A stretch of DNA of 64,000 nt, taken from an uncultured Chloroflexia bacterium. GTDB lineage: Bacteria > Chloroflexota > Limnocylindria > Limnocylindrales > CSP1-4. The stretch lies in the NCBI GenBank assembly GCA_963813535.1, contig CAWEZH010000002.1:1568001-1632000 (forward strand), in the 5' to 3' direction. How positions within the stretch are numbered: the first letter of the stretch is position 1; each line of letters begins with the position of its first letter. The translations under genes were made by a program, and so were the position numbers. The notes beneath the pieces were generated by a model. That model searched no databases, was not told where the DNA came from, and worked only from the letters and a program-made list of their open reading frames with translations. Positions 30,297-41,146 of the stretch are shown here, piece by piece.

Positions 30297-31370
30297 TCAG
30301 CTACTCCATCCTGCGCGAGGATCTCTGATCCGAGGACGCGCCCGGGCCCGCTTGCCCATCCGTGACAGGAGCACGACGAGGACCACCCCGAGTCCGGCGA
30401 CGACCACCGCCAAGAGATCGGCCACCGGTAACCGCGGCGCGGTGTCAGGCGCCTGGACCGTTACGGCCGAGGTCGCCGAGGAGGTACCCGGCGCCGAGGC
30501 TGCAGCGCTTGGCGCGACCTGCTCGGCGCCTGCGGCGGGAGCCGGCGCGACCGACCCAGCGGCCGGTGTCGGCGCGGACGAGGGCGCCGGACTGACAGGC
30601 TGCACCGGGGCTGCGGCCGGGGCCGCGCCCGTCGACTCCGTCGACGCCGACGTCGACGTCGACGTCGTGAGGGGCTGGATCGAGACGAACTTGTTGTCCC
30701 AGATCATCCGCTTCGGCGAGTACCACCACTTGGTGAAGAACCGCTTGAACTGGGTGACCGAGAGCTTCGTGTTCGGCCGCATGTCGTAGCCGAACGTGCG
30801 GTTCTGGAGACCCCACAGCGGTCCGGAGACCCGAACGCTGGTGACCGTGAACGTCGAGGTCTTGGCCGGGTCGGCAGTAGCGGTGAAGCCGTGGAGCACC
30901 CAGCCGTGGTTGCCGCGCGAGACCGCCACGGCCACAGGCAGGTTCGTTCGGCGCATCCGGGCCGCGGCCAGCTTCAGTGCCTTGGCGAACGTGTCATGCG
31001 CCTGGACGCGGTAGCGCGGATCGACGTACCGGCGAAGGCCCATCTCCCAGCCCTTCGGGTCGACCCCGGCGGACACCGGCAGGCTGTACCGGTTGTGCCC
31101 GCGCATGTAGTTGAAGTAGCGGCTCTGCGTCGTCCGGCTGTGGTCGTTGCGGTCGTACTTGATGTTGCGCATGATCTGGACGTCGGCAGCCGTGCACCAC
31201 AGCCACGTCTTCTGCGTCGAGAACACACCGGTGCGATACAGGTTGATGCCGCCGTTCCAGGTCGGCAGCGCGGCGTCGGCGGGGGCGGGCGTGGCCACCC
31301 AGCCGATGGAGATGAGGAGCGCGACGACCAGCCCGAGGACCGGCCGGAGGCGTCGATCAGGTCCGGCCAT
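30297..31370 (-). CDS. Exported, C-terminally anchored protein with possible papain/C39-like domain
   Basis: Signal peptide (APADA), QKTWLWCTAA, NHGWV, S/T/P/A linker, C-terminal TM plus basic tail. Confidence 0.6.
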   Translation of the reverse strand: MAGPDRRLRPVLGLVVALLISIGWVATPAPADAALPTWNGGINLYRTGVFSTQKTWLWCTAADVQIMRNIKYDRNDHSRTTQSRYFNYMRGHNRYSLPVSAGVDPKGWEMGLRRYVDPRYRVQAHDTFAKALKLAAARMRRTNLPVAVAVSRGNHGWVLHGFTATADPAKTSTFTVTSVRVSGPLWGLQNRTFGYDMRPNTKLSVTQFKRFFTKWWYSPKRMIWDNKFVSIQPLTTSTSTSASTESTGAAPAAAPVQPVSPAPSSAPTPAAGSVAPAPAAGAEQVAPSAAASAPGTSSATSAVTVQAPDTAPRLPVADLLAVVVAGLGVVLVVLLSRMGKRARARPRIRDPRAGWSS

Positions 31371-31441
31371 GCCTCCATCGTGCCCCACCGGGCAGGATCT
31401 CGCCACCGAGGACGGTGGCGCTCGGGCACCACGCGCGCTGG

Positions 31442-33158
31442 TCACGCGCCGACGGCCAGCGCCCCCAGGCGTTCGGTCAGCCGCAGGTTCTCGGCGTAGT
31501 CGATCGGCACCTCGACCAGCGATGGACCGTCGACATCGAGTGCTCGCATCAGCGTCGGATACAGCTCGTCCGCGCTCGTGGGCCGGAATCCGGCCATCCC
31601 GAACGACTCGGCATAGGCGACGAAGTCGGGGTTGCCGAACTCCACACCGAACGGCCGGCCGAACTCGTTGCGCTGCTTCCAGTCGATCAGTCCGTAGCCG
31701 TCGTCGCGCCACACGACGACGCAGATCCCGGCCCCCACGCGCTTGGCTGTCTCGAGCTCCTGGCTGTTCATCAGGAAGCCGCCGTCACCGCACAGCGCGA
31801 CCACCTTGCGATCCGGGTGGACGAGCTTGGCCGCGATCGCTCCCGGGATGGCGATGCCCATCGCAGCGAAGCCGTTGGAGATGATCACGGTGTTCGGTTC
31901 GTACGCCTGGTACATGCGGGCGACCCAGATCTTGTGCGCACCGACGTCGGACACCACGATGTCTGACGGGCCGAGCGCCCGCCGCAGGTCGACGATCGCT
32001 CGTTGCGGCGTGATCGGGTAGGCGCCGTTGGTCGAATGGGCGGTCAGCTCCTCGAGCAACTGGGTCCGCAGGTCGGCGTGGACGAGGATCTCCCGTGACG
32101 CATGCCGTTCGCTGGCGTCGCGACCACCGACGCCCCGCGGCTGGACGGCGTCGAGCAGTCGGGCCAGGCTCCCGTCGATGTCGCCGATGAGCTCGACTAC
32201 GGGCTGATACGCCGCGTCGATCTCGGCCGGCTGCGTATCGATGTGGATGATCGGCTTGCCGCCGTCAGGATCCCAGGACGACGGCGCGTACTCGACAAGG
32301 TCGTAGCCGACGCAGATGACGAGGTCGGCCCGGTCGAACCCCGAGAGGACGTGGTCGCGCGCCTGCAGCCCGACGGCCATCAGCGACAGGTGCGACCGGT
32401 CGTCGATCGCGCCCTTGCCCATGAACGTGACCGCGACAGGCACGTGGAGTCCGCGGGCGAGGGCCCTGAGCTCGGGCGCCGCGCCGCGTCGAAGGACGCC
32501 GTTGCCGGCAAGGATCAGCGGCCGCTCGGAGGCCGCGATCAGGCGCGCCGCGTGGTCGATCGCCTCGTCGGTCGGCTCGGGGAAATAGGCGTGGCCCGGC
32601 GTGAGCGGCACCGGCGACGGGCCGCCGTCGTGCGGCCGGATATCGGTCGCGGCGAGGTCCTCCGGGAGCTCGATGTGCGTCGGACCGGGCTTCTCGAGCG
32701 TCGCGACCCGGAATGACTTGCGCACGATCTCCGGGATCGCTCGGATCCGCTCGACGCGCGTGTTCCACTTCGTGACCGGTTCGAGCATCCGCACGATGTC
32801 GACGACCTGGTGCGCCTCCTTGTGCAGCTTGGTCGAGGCGGCCTGGCCGGTGATGGCGACCATCGGCGCGCGGTCGAGGTACGCGTCGGCGACACCGGTG
32901 ATGAGGTTGGTCGCCCCCGGGCCCGAGGGTGGCCATCGCCACCGCGGCCCGTCCCGTCAAGCGACCATGGACGTCGGCCATGAACGCGGCGCCCTGCTCG
33001 TGGCGGGTCGTGATGTGGCGGATGCCCTCGTGACGCGACAACGCATCGAGGATGTCCATCGTCTCCTCGCCTGGGACGGAGAAGACGAAGTCACAGCCCT
33101 CGGCCGCGAGGCAATCGACGAGGAGGTCGGCAGCGCGGCGGGGCGGCTCGCTGGTCAT
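31442..33158 (-). CDS. Acetolactate synthase-like ThDP enzyme; frameshift at about 32915
   Basis: VPGEET, RHEQGAAFMA, GPG|ATNL, SDVGAH, GDGGFLMN; one extra G in a homopolymer. Confidence 0.9.
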
Positions 33159-33260
33159 GACACGTAGCCTAGGGCGGCCGTCGGTCCGGCGTGTCGGCCG
33201 GGCGCGAACGACCGTGTGCCCCGTGCCATCGACGACAATGGGCCCGATCGGAGGTGATGC

Positions 33261-33872
33261 GTGGGTCAGGAGATCGTGCTGTTCCACTCGGCGCTCGGCC
33301 TGCGACCGGCCGTGCTCGCCTTCGCCGATGCGCTCCGGGCGGGCGGCCACACGGTCCACACCCCCGACCTGTTCGACGGCGAGACGTTCGACGACCTGCC
33401 GGCGGGCGCCGCCAAACGGGACTCGATCGGGATCGAGGCGCTCATCGGGCGCGCCCGAGCGGCAGTAGACCTGCTGCCGGACGACGTGGTGTACGCCGGG
33501 TTCTCGATGGGCGCCGGTCCGGCCGAACTCCTCGCGGCGACCCGTCCCGGCGCCCGCGCCGCCATCCTGATGCACGGTGTGTTCGCTCCGGCCGACTACG
33601 GGATACCGACCTGGCCCGGCATCCCGGCCGAGGTCCACTACGCAGCGGACGACCCCGAGGTCGACGAGGCCGCCGCGAGGGCACTAGCGGACGCGGTCCG
33701 TGCCAGCGGAGCACCGGTCACGGTCCACACCTACGACCGCGGTGGACATCTCTTCGAGGACCCCGACTACGAGGGGTACGACGCCTCGTCGGCCGAGCTT
33801 CTTCGCGAACGCGTCCTCGCGTTCCTGGAGACGCTCGATGACCGACCTTCGACGTCCCCCGACGCGCGTTGA
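33261..33872 (+). CDS. Dienelactone hydrolase family protein
   Basis: FHSALG, PDLFDG, GFSMG, GHLF.D. Confidence 0.85.
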   Translation: MGQEIVLFHSALGLRPAVLAFADALRAGGHTVHTPDLFDGETFDDLPAGAAKRDSIGIEALIGRARAAVDLLPDDVVYAGFSMGAGPAELLAATRPGARAAILMHGVFAPADYGIPTWPGIPAEVHYAADDPEVDEAAARALADAVRASGAPVTVHTYDRGGHLFEDPDYEGYDASSAELLRERVLAFLETLDDRPSTSPDAR

Positions 33873-33939
33873 CCTGCATGGATCATCGCGCGCAACCCCG
33901 ACGTCGACCGCAGCCGGTCGGCCTGACGATGGCCGCGTG

Positions 33940-35493
33940 ATGCGACCCAGACTCGAGCTGCTCTCTCCCGACCTCCTCGAACGGATCATCGACGAGGCGA
34001 AGCGCGTGCTGGCCGAGGTCGGGATGGAGGTCCGTGGACCCGAGATGCGACGGCGCCTGATCGAGGCCGGACTGCCGACCGACCCGGCCGGGCGGGTGTT
34101 GTTCCCACGGGACGTGGTGGAGAAGGCCATCGCCGACGCCCCGCGGTCGTTCACCCTCTACGACCGCGACGGCGATCCGCACGCCGACCTGGGCGAGGAC
34201 CGCGTGCACTTCGTCCCCGGATCATCGGGGCTGAAGACGCTCGACCATCGGACGGGCGAGGTCCGGCTCGCCGACTCGACCGACTTCGTCGAATACGTGC
34301 GGCTGGCCGACGGCCTGCAGCACATCGCCTATCTCGCGACCGCGTTCTCGACCAACGACGACATCGAGGCCCAGGTATCCGATGCGTGGCGCCTCTACAT
34401 GGTGCTGACGAACTCGAAGAAGCCTGTGGTGTCGGGCGCCTTCACCGAGCACGGCGTGCCGCGCATGGTCGAGATGATGCAGCTCTTCCGCGAGGATCGA
34501 GCCGACCTCATCGCGCGCCCGATGTCGATCTTCACGATCACCGCGACCGGCAACTTCCGGTACTCGGAGGACTCGTGCCAGAACATGATCGACTGCGTCG
34601 AGGCCGGCATCCCGGTCGAGATCGTGCCGGTCACGTTGATGGGGCTGATCGCGCCGGTGACGCTGGTCGGCGCCACGGTCTTCCACACGGTGGATGTCCT
34701 GGCCGGAATCACGATGGCGCAGATCATCCGGCCGGGAGCTCCCGTGCTGTTCGGCGGCGCGCCGGCGACGTTCCATATGAAGATCGCGTCCTCGCCGATG
34801 TCGGCGATCGAGGCGATCCAGCTCGACGCGGCCTATATCGCGGTCGCGAAATCCCTCGAGCTGCCGTGCCAGTCGTACATGGCGCTGTCGGATGGACCGA
34901 TCCTCGACGCCCAGGCCGGCGCCGAGACGTTCGGATCGGCGTTGATCGCGGCGTTGGCTGGGGTGAATTCCGTGTCGGGGCCGGGGATGCTCGACTTCCT
35001 GCTGGTGTTCAACCTGCCGAAGCTCGTCTTCGACGACGAGATGTGCGGCCAAGCGCTGCGCTTCGTGCGCGAGGTCCGGGTGGCCGACGACCTGCCGATC
35101 GACGGGCTCATCCAGCAGCTGATGGCCGACCAGCACCTGATCATGGCCGAGCACACGATGGCCCACTGGCCGACCGAGCTGTACCTGCCGTCGGCCATCG
35201 TCGATCGCGACAACCGGGAGAACTGGCTGAAGGCCGGCGGCAAGGACACGTACCAGCGGGCGGTCGCCGAAGTGGAGCGGCGACTCGCCGCCTATCGCCC
35301 CATCGCGACCGATCCGGCAATCGACGCGGAGCTCCGGCGGATCATCACGTCAGGATTGGAATCGCAGACCGTGCTGCCGGTGCTGCCCGATGCCACCGAG
35401 CCGACCGAGGAGGCGCTGGCGGCCGTGGCGGCAGGCGATGGTGCCGGCGCGGGTCGCGGCCGCCGGGTCAACGCGAGGCGCCGCCCGGGCTAA
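33940..35493 (+). CDS. MttB-family (trimethylamine/glycine-betaine) corrinoid methyltransferase, no pyrrolysine
   Basis: [38 protein letters not shown]...KLVFDDE; no in-frame TAG. Confidence 0.88.
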   Translation: MRPRLELLSPDLLERIIDEAKRVLAEVGMEVRGPEMRRRLIEAGLPTDPAGRVLFPRDVVEKAIADAPRSFTLYDRDGDPHADLGEDRVHFVPGSSGLKTLDHRTGEVRLADSTDFVEYVRLADGLQHIAYLATAFSTNDDIEAQVSDAWRLYMVLTNSKKPVVSGAFTEHGVPRMVEMMQLFREDRADLIARPMSIFTITATGNFRYSEDSCQNMIDCVEAGIPVEIVPVTLMGLIAPVTLVGATVFHTVDVLAGITMAQIIRPGAPVLFGGAPATFHMKIASSPMSAIEAIQLDAAYIAVAKSLELPCQSYMALSDGPILDAQAGAETFGSALIAALAGVNSVSGPGMLDFLLVFNLPKLVFDDEMCGQALRFVREVRVADDLPIDGLIQQLMADQHLIMAEHTMAHWPTELYLPSAIVDRDNRENWLKAGGKDTYQRAVAEVERRLAAYRPIATDPAIDAELRRIITSGLESQTVLPVLPDATEPTEEALAAVAAGDGAGAGRGRRVNARRRPG

Positions 35494-35879
35494 GGAGCGG
35501 GGGGATCCGCTGCCCCCTTGCGGATCGTGGGCGTCGCGACGACCCGCCACGCATCCTCAACCAACCCCTCGAGCTCATCCCAGTCGACCGGCACGTCCAG
35601 GTAGACGCCCAGCCATCCACGATGTCCGACGTATGGCGGCCGGAAGAACCGCTCAGGATCGGCCGCGACCAGCGTCTCCTGGGCACCCGCCGGTGCGGCA
35701 AGCCATACCGCTCGTCGATCGTCGTGGTGTCGGTCGGCCGACGTGACGAACTGGCGCTTCCCGACGAACCAACTCGCCTCGCCGTGGCTCGACCGCTCCG
35801 AACTCTCGGGCAGGGCGAGGCAGATCGCGCGGAGCCGCTCGTAGGGATCGTCGGGAGGCCCGCCCGGATCGCGCGTCAG
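35490..35879 (-). CDS. MmcQ/YjbR-family protein (not in ORF track; apparent CTG start)
   Basis: Manual translation: [27 protein letters not shown]...HHDDRRAVW...[37 protein letters not shown]; TAG at 35490-35492. Confidence 0.85.
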   Translation of the reverse strand: MTRDPGGPPDDPYERLRAICLALPESSERSSHGEASWFVGKRQFVTSADRHHDDRRAVWLAAPAGAQETLVAADPERFFRPPYVGHRGWLGVYLDVPVDWDELEGLVEDAWRVVATPTIRKGAADPPAP

Positions 35880-36280
35880 ATCGCCCGCACCCGGTTGTTC
35901 TTGGCCTCGTGGGTCAGCTCGGCCTTGCCGAGCGCCTCGAGCAGCGGGGGGAGATACATCCCGAATCGGCCGCGGTACCCCTTGCGGAGCCCGTACCAGC
36001 CACCGACCGGATTTTCCGAGTCACGGCCCCAGCCCTCGACCGTTCCGGCCTTGGCCTCCTTCTGCTCGTCGGCCGCGCCGAGATCCATCCAGTCGCCGTG
36101 ATCCTTGAGCATCGTGTGCAGGTCTTCGATCGACCTCAGGTGGTACTTCAGCTGGGTCGAGCCCACCTGGCACACGAGCGCCGGCGGATCGGCCGCAAGG
36201 TCGCGCCACATCTGGTACTCGGACGTACCCGGCGCCGTCTTCAGCTGCCAGGGATCCTCCTTCGTGCCGCTGCCGGTCAT
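35876..36280 (-). CDS. Conserved hypothetical protein (DUF6855-like)
   Basis: GTKEDPWQLKT, LGAADEQK, GWYGLRKGYRGRFGMY; RBS GAGGAG. Confidence 0.75.
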   Translation of the reverse strand: MTGSGTKEDPWQLKTAPGTSEYQMWRDLAADPPALVCQVGSTQLKYHLRSIEDLHTMLKDHGDWMDLGAADEQKEAKAGTVEGWGRDSENPVGGWYGLRKGYRGRFGMYLPPLLEALGKAELTHEAKNNRVRAI

Positions 36281-36741
36281 GCGCTCTCCTCCTCGACTAC
36301 GGCCGTCGAAACGGCGCTCTGATAGTGCGGCAGCAGGGTCGACCAGCCGCCCATGTTCCGATCGCGCCAGCTCTGGCCTTCGGCGCCGAGGGCCTCCCAG
36401 CCGCGGTGCTCGATATCGACCCGTGTCGCGTCGGACGCGAGCGACACGAAGCGGATCTCGACCTCGGTCGCCTCAGCGGGATCGCGCTTGAGGTGCCAGA
36501 GGTAGACGAGCCGGGCCGGCGGTTCCCACGCCGTCACCTGGCCCCAGTCCCACTCCTCCCCTTCCGGCGTGCGCTCGAAGATCCGGCCCCCGACCCGACC
36601 CTCGAGCACGATCTGCAGGTCGGCCCGACCGGTGTGGGTGTGATCGGCCGGCCACCAGCGATCGATCCCGCGCGTCCATGTGTCGAAGGCGTGGTCCTGC
36701 GGTGCCTCGACGTCGAACGTGATGCGTAGCGGTTCGATCAT
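36277..36741 (-). CDS. SRPBCC/AHSA1 (START-like) protein
   Basis: AFDTWT, WEPPARLVYLW, TEVEIRF, EHRGW. Confidence 0.88.
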   Translation of the reverse strand: MIEPLRITFDVEAPQDHAFDTWTRGIDRWWPADHTHTGRADLQIVLEGRVGGRIFERTPEGEEWDWGQVTAWEPPARLVYLWHLKRDPAEATEVEIRFVSLASDATRVDIEHRGWEALGAEGQSWRDRNMGGWSTLLPHYQSAVSTAVVEEESA

Positions 36742-37091
36742 CGGGTCTTCCCTCGCCGCCGACCCGGCTCCGTGTTCTCGGCGACGATGCGAAAACGGGT
36801 CGTCGCTTCGCCCCAGACGTTCTCGAGATAGCTCCGGACGGCATCGGCACCCAACTCGTGAAGGGCGTAGAGCCGCCGGGTGCCGACCGCCCGCTCTTTG
36901 ACGAGGCCGGCCTCGCGAAGCAGTCGGAGATGGCGGGAAACGGCGGGACGGCTGATGGGCATGGCATCGGCGAGGGTCCCGACCGAGCGTTCGCCATCGC
37001 GCAACAGCTGCAGGATCCGTCGACGGTGAGGGTCGCCGAGCGCCTCGAACGGATCGGTGGTCGTGTCGATGGCGCCCGTGGTCCGTAACAT
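36738..37091 (-). CDS. ArsR/SmtB-family regulator
   Basis: FEALGDPHRRRIL, SRPAVSRHLRLL..AGLV; ATG at 37091, 7 nt after TACCGT. Confidence 0.88.
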   Translation of the reverse strand: MLRTTGAIDTTTDPFEALGDPHRRRILQLLRDGERSVGTLADAMPISRPAVSRHLRLLREAGLVKERAVGTRRLYALHELGADAVRSYLENVWGEATTRFRIVAENTEPGRRRGKTR

Positions 37092-37129
37092 CGCGGTTAC
37101 GGTAACACGTGAGTTACACCTGCGGTCAA
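37085..37129 (-). promoter_or_regulatory. ArsR promoter/operator: two tandem GTAAC-N6-GTTAC palindromes, TTGACC (-35) and TACCGT (-10)
   Basis: GTAACatcgcgGTTAC g GTAACacgtgaGTTAC at 37085-37117; -35/-10 spacing is 19 nt, slightly long. Confidence 0.75.
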
Positions 37130-37706
37130 CGGGCGTCGCCGGGATCGTCGCCCAGGACGGAGGTCGGGCGCGTCGTGGTGCCTCTGGCGCCTCGTCGCGC
37201 AGCGACGTCGACTTGGTGGCGACGACCGGCTCCGGGCTCAGCTCCCCGCCGCGCACCGTGGCACCCAGCACGATCCCGGCTGACACCAACACGATGTTCT
37301 TGATGATGTACTGACCCTCGAGGGTCGGGACGAACGGGAAGATCGTGAACGTCTCGCTCGGGAACAGGAACAGCGGCGTGATCGTTCCGAGCATCTGGAC
37401 GAACAGCAGCGCCAGGACCGCGCGCATCCACCGCCCGGCGATCAGGCCGATGCCGATGGCGACCTCCCACACCGCGAGGATGAAGACCGCGGTCTCACGC
37501 GGGATGGCACCGAAGGTGAGGGTCTCGATCGTCCGGCCGGCCAGGGTCTCGGCCGGACTGAGGTTCGGGAAGAACTTGAGCGCACCGAACCAGAAGAACA
37601 CGATGCCCAGGGCGAGTCGCAGCAGCGTGAGGCCGTGATCGGCCATGAGCTGGGTGATGCGCCGGTCGAGCCGGTCGAACCAGCGCGGGGGCTTCGTGTC
37701 GAGCAC
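37126..37706 (-). CDS. DoxX-family membrane protein (3' end uncertain; reads in frame into ArsR as assembled)
   Basis: LRLALGIVFFWFGALKF, EGQYIIKNIV. Confidence 0.8.
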
Positions 37707-37762
37707 CTGCTATCTGTAGCACGACCGACGAGCCGCTGCGCGGCCCCGGTATCGTTCGACGT

Positions 37763-38440
37763 ATGGATCGCGACGATCCCGCGTACAAAGGGCAGGCCGA
37801 TTACTCGCCCCTGTTGCTCAAGCTGTATGACCCGATCGTCATCGGCTTCGTCGCGTGGCTCGTCTGGCGATGCCCCGCCGACCCGATCCTCGATGGCTAT
37901 CGGCGGCTCATCCGCGACAACCACCTCGATATCGGTCCGGGCACCGGCTATTGCATCGACAAGTCAAGCCTTCCCGACGGCAGTCGAGTGACCATCGTCG
38001 ACCCCAACACGACTGTCCTTCGCTACGCCTCGCGGCGACTGCACAGGCTCGACGTCACCGCGGTCGAGGCCGATGTCCTGAAACCGCTCCCAGTCCAGGG
38101 ACCGTTCGACTCGGCAGCGCTCAACCTAGTCATCCATTGCCTTCCCGGTCCGGCGTCGCGCAAGGCGGCCGGGATCGCGAATGTCGCCGCAACGTTGACG
38201 CCCGATGGCGTGCTGTTCGGGGCGTCTGTCCTCGGCCGTTCGGGGAGCCACACGTGGCTGGCGCGCCGGGTCCTGTCGGCCTTCAATCGGCGCGGTGCAT
38301 TCGACAATCTCGACGACTCGGAGGCGAGCATTCGCGAGATGCTCAGCGCGTCGTTCGAGCGGGTCGAGCTGACGACGTTCGGATCCGTGGCGGTCTTCTC
38401 GGCGACCGGCCCGCGCAGACGAGAGGGCGCCGTGGCATAG
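37763..38440 (+). CDS. Class I SAM-dependent methyltransferase
   Basis: HLDIGPGTGY, FDS....VIHCLPG. Confidence 0.85.
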   Translation: MDRDDPAYKGQADYSPLLLKLYDPIVIGFVAWLVWRCPADPILDGYRRLIRDNHLDIGPGTGYCIDKSSLPDGSRVTIVDPNTTVLRYASRRLHRLDVTAVEADVLKPLPVQGPFDSAALNLVIHCLPGPASRKAAGIANVAATLTPDGVLFGASVLGRSGSHTWLARRVLSAFNRRGAFDNLDDSEASIREMLSASFERVELTTFGSVAVFSATGPRRREGAVA

Positions 38441-38451
38441 CCGGCGAACCG

Positions 38452-38973
38452 TCAGGACTGCCGTCGTTCCCGACCTCCGCGCAACTGTCGACCGAACCAC
38501 TGCCGCACGCGGACGGGTATCGAGAGCTGCGACACGGGCGTGATGTCGGGATCCTCCTTGCCGGCGGCGACCCGCGCGACCGCTCGGACCTCCTCCTCCA
38601 GCTGGCGCCGATAGATCCGCGCGGCGGCGACCCGGACAAGCGGGGCGATCGGTCCGGACACCTCGAATGCATGGCGGATCCGTGCTCCACGCTCGGTGGG
38701 CTCGACCTCGTAGATGTTGATGATCGTCATGAGCGCGGGCTTGACCACGACCTCGATCGCCCGACCCGGTTCGAGCTTCCTGATGCGGCAGTGATAGACG
38801 GTCCCGTAGTTCGCGCGGACATCGACCATGCCGCCCTCGACCAGTGGGCCGTCCGCATGAGCCCACGTGGCGTTGTGCGCCCAACGACTCCACGTCGACG
38901 GGTCCATGTACAGGGCGAACACCGCAGCCGGATCGACGTCGATCTCCTGGATGCTCTCGATGGCCCAGCTCAT
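38452..38973 (-). CDS. SRPBCC/polyketide cyclase-like protein
   Basis: IDVDPAAVFALYMDPSTWSRW; ATG at 38973. Confidence 0.7.
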   Translation of the reverse strand: MSWAIESIQEIDVDPAAVFALYMDPSTWSRWAHNATWAHADGPLVEGGMVDVRANYGTVYHCRIRKLEPGRAIEVVVKPALMTIINIYEVEPTERGARIRHAFEVSGPIAPLVRVAAARIYRRQLEEEVRAVARVAAGKEDPDITPVSQLSIPVRVRQWFGRQLRGGRERRQS

Positions 38974-39038
38974 AGCAGTACATTGCTCCGCCTCGATGAC
39001 CTTGCCTAGCGCGGCTGGCCCTCTGTCAGACTCGGGCG

Positions 39039-39251
39039 ATGGACGAGCTGGGCACCTTCCTGACCCAGTTGCCGAGACCCATCGGCCCGATCGTGACCGG
39101 GTTGCTACCTGTCGCGGCGATCGTCGGGTTCGTGGCTGCGTTCTGGGCTCAACACAAAGGACGAACCGCCCTGATGCTCGTTGCCCTGGGGATCGGGGTG
39201 CTGAGCCTCGTCGGTGCGGTGGCATTCCTGTCGGTGGCGTCGACCCTCTGA
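39039..39251 (+). CDS. Small two-TM membrane protein
   Basis: Two hydrophobic helices; CAGACT box 6 nt before ATG. Confidence 0.55.
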   Translation: MDELGTFLTQLPRPIGPIVTGLLPVAAIVGFVAAFWAQHKGRTALMLVALGIGVLSLVGAVAFLSVASTL

Positions 39252-39297
39252 CCGGCCACCGCCGAGGCCGCCGATCGCGAGACGCCAAGCCCGCTGG

Positions 39298-39744
39298 CTA
39301 CCTGCGGACGTACCCGATCGGGAAGTCGAGCTCCCATCGATCGCCCGCCTCGCCCAGGCCACGCTCCCAGCGACCGTCGATCGATCTGCCGTCAGCCGAG
39401 ATCTCCCCGATGAACCGTTGGTTGAAGCCCGGACCGTCGGGACCGTTCCAATCCTCGCCGGGCGCACGCCAGATCCGCCACGTCGCGCCGTCGACGGTCG
39501 TCATGAACAGCCGCTTGACGCCTCGACTATCGAAGTAGTGCATCGGCTGCGGCTCGCCGTCGGGCGCGCCACCGATGATCGAGATGCTGTCGGGCATCTC
39601 GGCCGGCTCTCCCGTCGACCGCATGACGATGAACGCACCGAGGCGCTCGATCGTCACGTCCGCCGAGATCTTCATCGGAGGCTCGATCGGGAGTTCGCCT
39701 TCCCCCTGCCATCCGCCGATCAGTGGCTCGAACGCGTCCATCAT
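39298..39744 (-). CDS. Hypothetical beta-barrel protein (DUF1579-like)
   Basis: LIGGWQGEG, MHYFDSRGV, QRFIG, GRWE...WELDF. Confidence 0.7.
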   Translation of the reverse strand: MMDAFEPLIGGWQGEGELPIEPPMKISADVTIERLGAFIVMRSTGEPAEMPDSISIIGGAPDGEPQPMHYFDSRGVKRLFMTTVDGATWRIWRAPGEDWNGPDGPGFNQRFIGEISADGRSIDGRWERGLGEAGDRWELDFPIGYVRR

Positions 39745-39773
39745 CAGTGCACTCAAAAGCGATCTGCTGGCGA

Positions 39774-41021
39774 CTACGCCCAGGGGGACGGCAGGTGCGT
39801 CAGCGGCTCGCGGTCTGGGAAGACATCGGCCTGCAGGGACGGGTCAGCGGCAGGGACGTAGCGCTCTTCGAGCCCGAGCTCCTTCAGGACGACGTTGCGT
39901 CCCTGGGCGATCCCGGTCGCCTTGTAGAACGCCACCGTGCGGTTGAACCCCTGCCGACCGAACCCGCAGTCGCTGGAGAGGATCAGCTTGTCGGCCGGGA
40001 TCACTTCCAGAGCCCGGCGGATCCTTCCCGCGATGACCGGTGCCATGTCCGCCTGCAGCTGCCGGTGGCTCACCATCCCGACGGCGATCTTCTTGTTCAG
40101 GCGATCGGCGTAGGGCTTGAACAGGTCGATCTCGGCGAGCTCGTTCTCCGTCGCCTCGATGGTCCACACGTCGCCCTTGAGGCGCTCGAGGTAGATCTCG
40201 ATCGAGTTCGCGTATGACTCGCCGGTGTAGACCTTCTGCATGTTGGGGTTGCCCCAGCAGGTGTGGATCCACAGCTCGACATCGTCGAGCCCGTCGACCT
40301 CGTGGTTGAACGCGTCGACCATGAAGTCGAGCAACTCCTTCTGCTCCGGGTGAAAGGCCGCCGTGAAGTGGATCGTCGGTTCCTCGATCTGGATGACCTT
40401 GGCCCCGGCCGCGGCGAGCTGGCGGAGCTCGGTGTTCATCGCGGTCGCCATGTCCCAGATGAGCTGCTTCTTGTCGTCGAGGTCGTAGTCGGGCGTATGG
40501 CTGTCGAGGAAGATCGACAGCACCTGCGATGAGCAGCTCCCGAACTTGACCGGCTTGCCCGAGGCCGCCCGGGCCTGCGCGATCCGCCACAGCTTGGCGT
40601 ACTCGAGCGGGTTCTTCGGGTCGTGCTCGACCTTGCCGACCACACGCGGCCAGCGCCACGTCGTCTCGATCTCGTTCATGAGCGTGCCGGGCGCGAACGC
40701 GAGCAGCGAGTCGCGCGAACGCTCGTACTGGAGCTCCTCGTGCTCGAGGCCCTTCCAACGCTGCAGTGGGTAGTGGTGCCACGAGCGCCCGGCGAAATCC
40801 TCATCGAGGTGGTAGTCGCCGTTCGTCAGGATGTCGAGTCCGGCGCGCTCCTGGTCGGCGATCACGGTGGCGTGCGCGTCGAGGAACTGCTCGCGGAAGC
40901 GGACGTCGAGGAGCGCCGTGTCGAGCGGGCGGCCCCACAGGCCCTGGTCGTACCAGCGCGGCCGTGGCCACGAGCCGGTGACGGTGGCCGGGAGCATGAG
41001 GTCCTTGGTGGCCGTGAGCAT
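39774..41021 (-). CDS. MetE C-terminal-type (core methionine synthase/XecA-like) zinc thiol alkyltransferase
   Basis: GSWPRP, DQERAGLDI, IQIEEP, HTCWGN, SDCGFG; lacks the MetE N-terminal half. Confidence 0.85.
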   Translation of the reverse strand: MLTATKDLMLPATVTGSWPRPRWYDQGLWGRPLDTALLDVRFREQFLDAHATVIADQERAGLDILTNGDYHLDEDFAGRSWHHYPLQRWKGLEHEELQYERSRDSLLAFAPGTLMNEIETTWRWPRVVGKVEHDPKNPLEYAKLWRIAQARAASGKPVKFGSCSSQVLSIFLDSHTPDYDLDDKKQLIWDMATAMNTELRQLAAAGAKVIQIEEPTIHFTAAFHPEQKELLDFMVDAFNHEVDGLDDVELWIHTCWGNPNMQKVYTGESYANSIEIYLERLKGDVWTIEATENELAEIDLFKPYADRLNKKIAVGMVSHRQLQADMAPVIAGRIRRALEVIPADKLILSSDCGFGRQGFNRTVAFYKATGIAQGRNVVLKELGLEERYVPAADPSLQADVFPDREPLTHLPSPWA

Positions 41022-41146
41022 CGAGCGTGTGCCTCCTCGCCGTTACCCGGGTGGTGTCGATCGAGCAGTTTCGGAGAAGCCGCCGAGGCGCCCACTCCCT
41101 AGGATGAGCGTAGTCCCATCAGACATCCACACCGGAGGAACCTGCC

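Noticed and set aside
30640-30668. GTCGAC hexamer repeats
   Set aside because: They simply encode the Ser/Thr linker of the surface protein
27501-33158. Genomic island integrated at tRNA-Gly
   Set aside because: No integrase, no direct repeat of the tRNA end seen, and downstream genes have ordinary composition
35504-35526. Intrinsic terminator after mttB (GATCCGC...GCGGATC)
   Set aside because: The hairpin is present but has no U-tract and lies inside the convergent MmcQ/YjbR coding end; function unsupported
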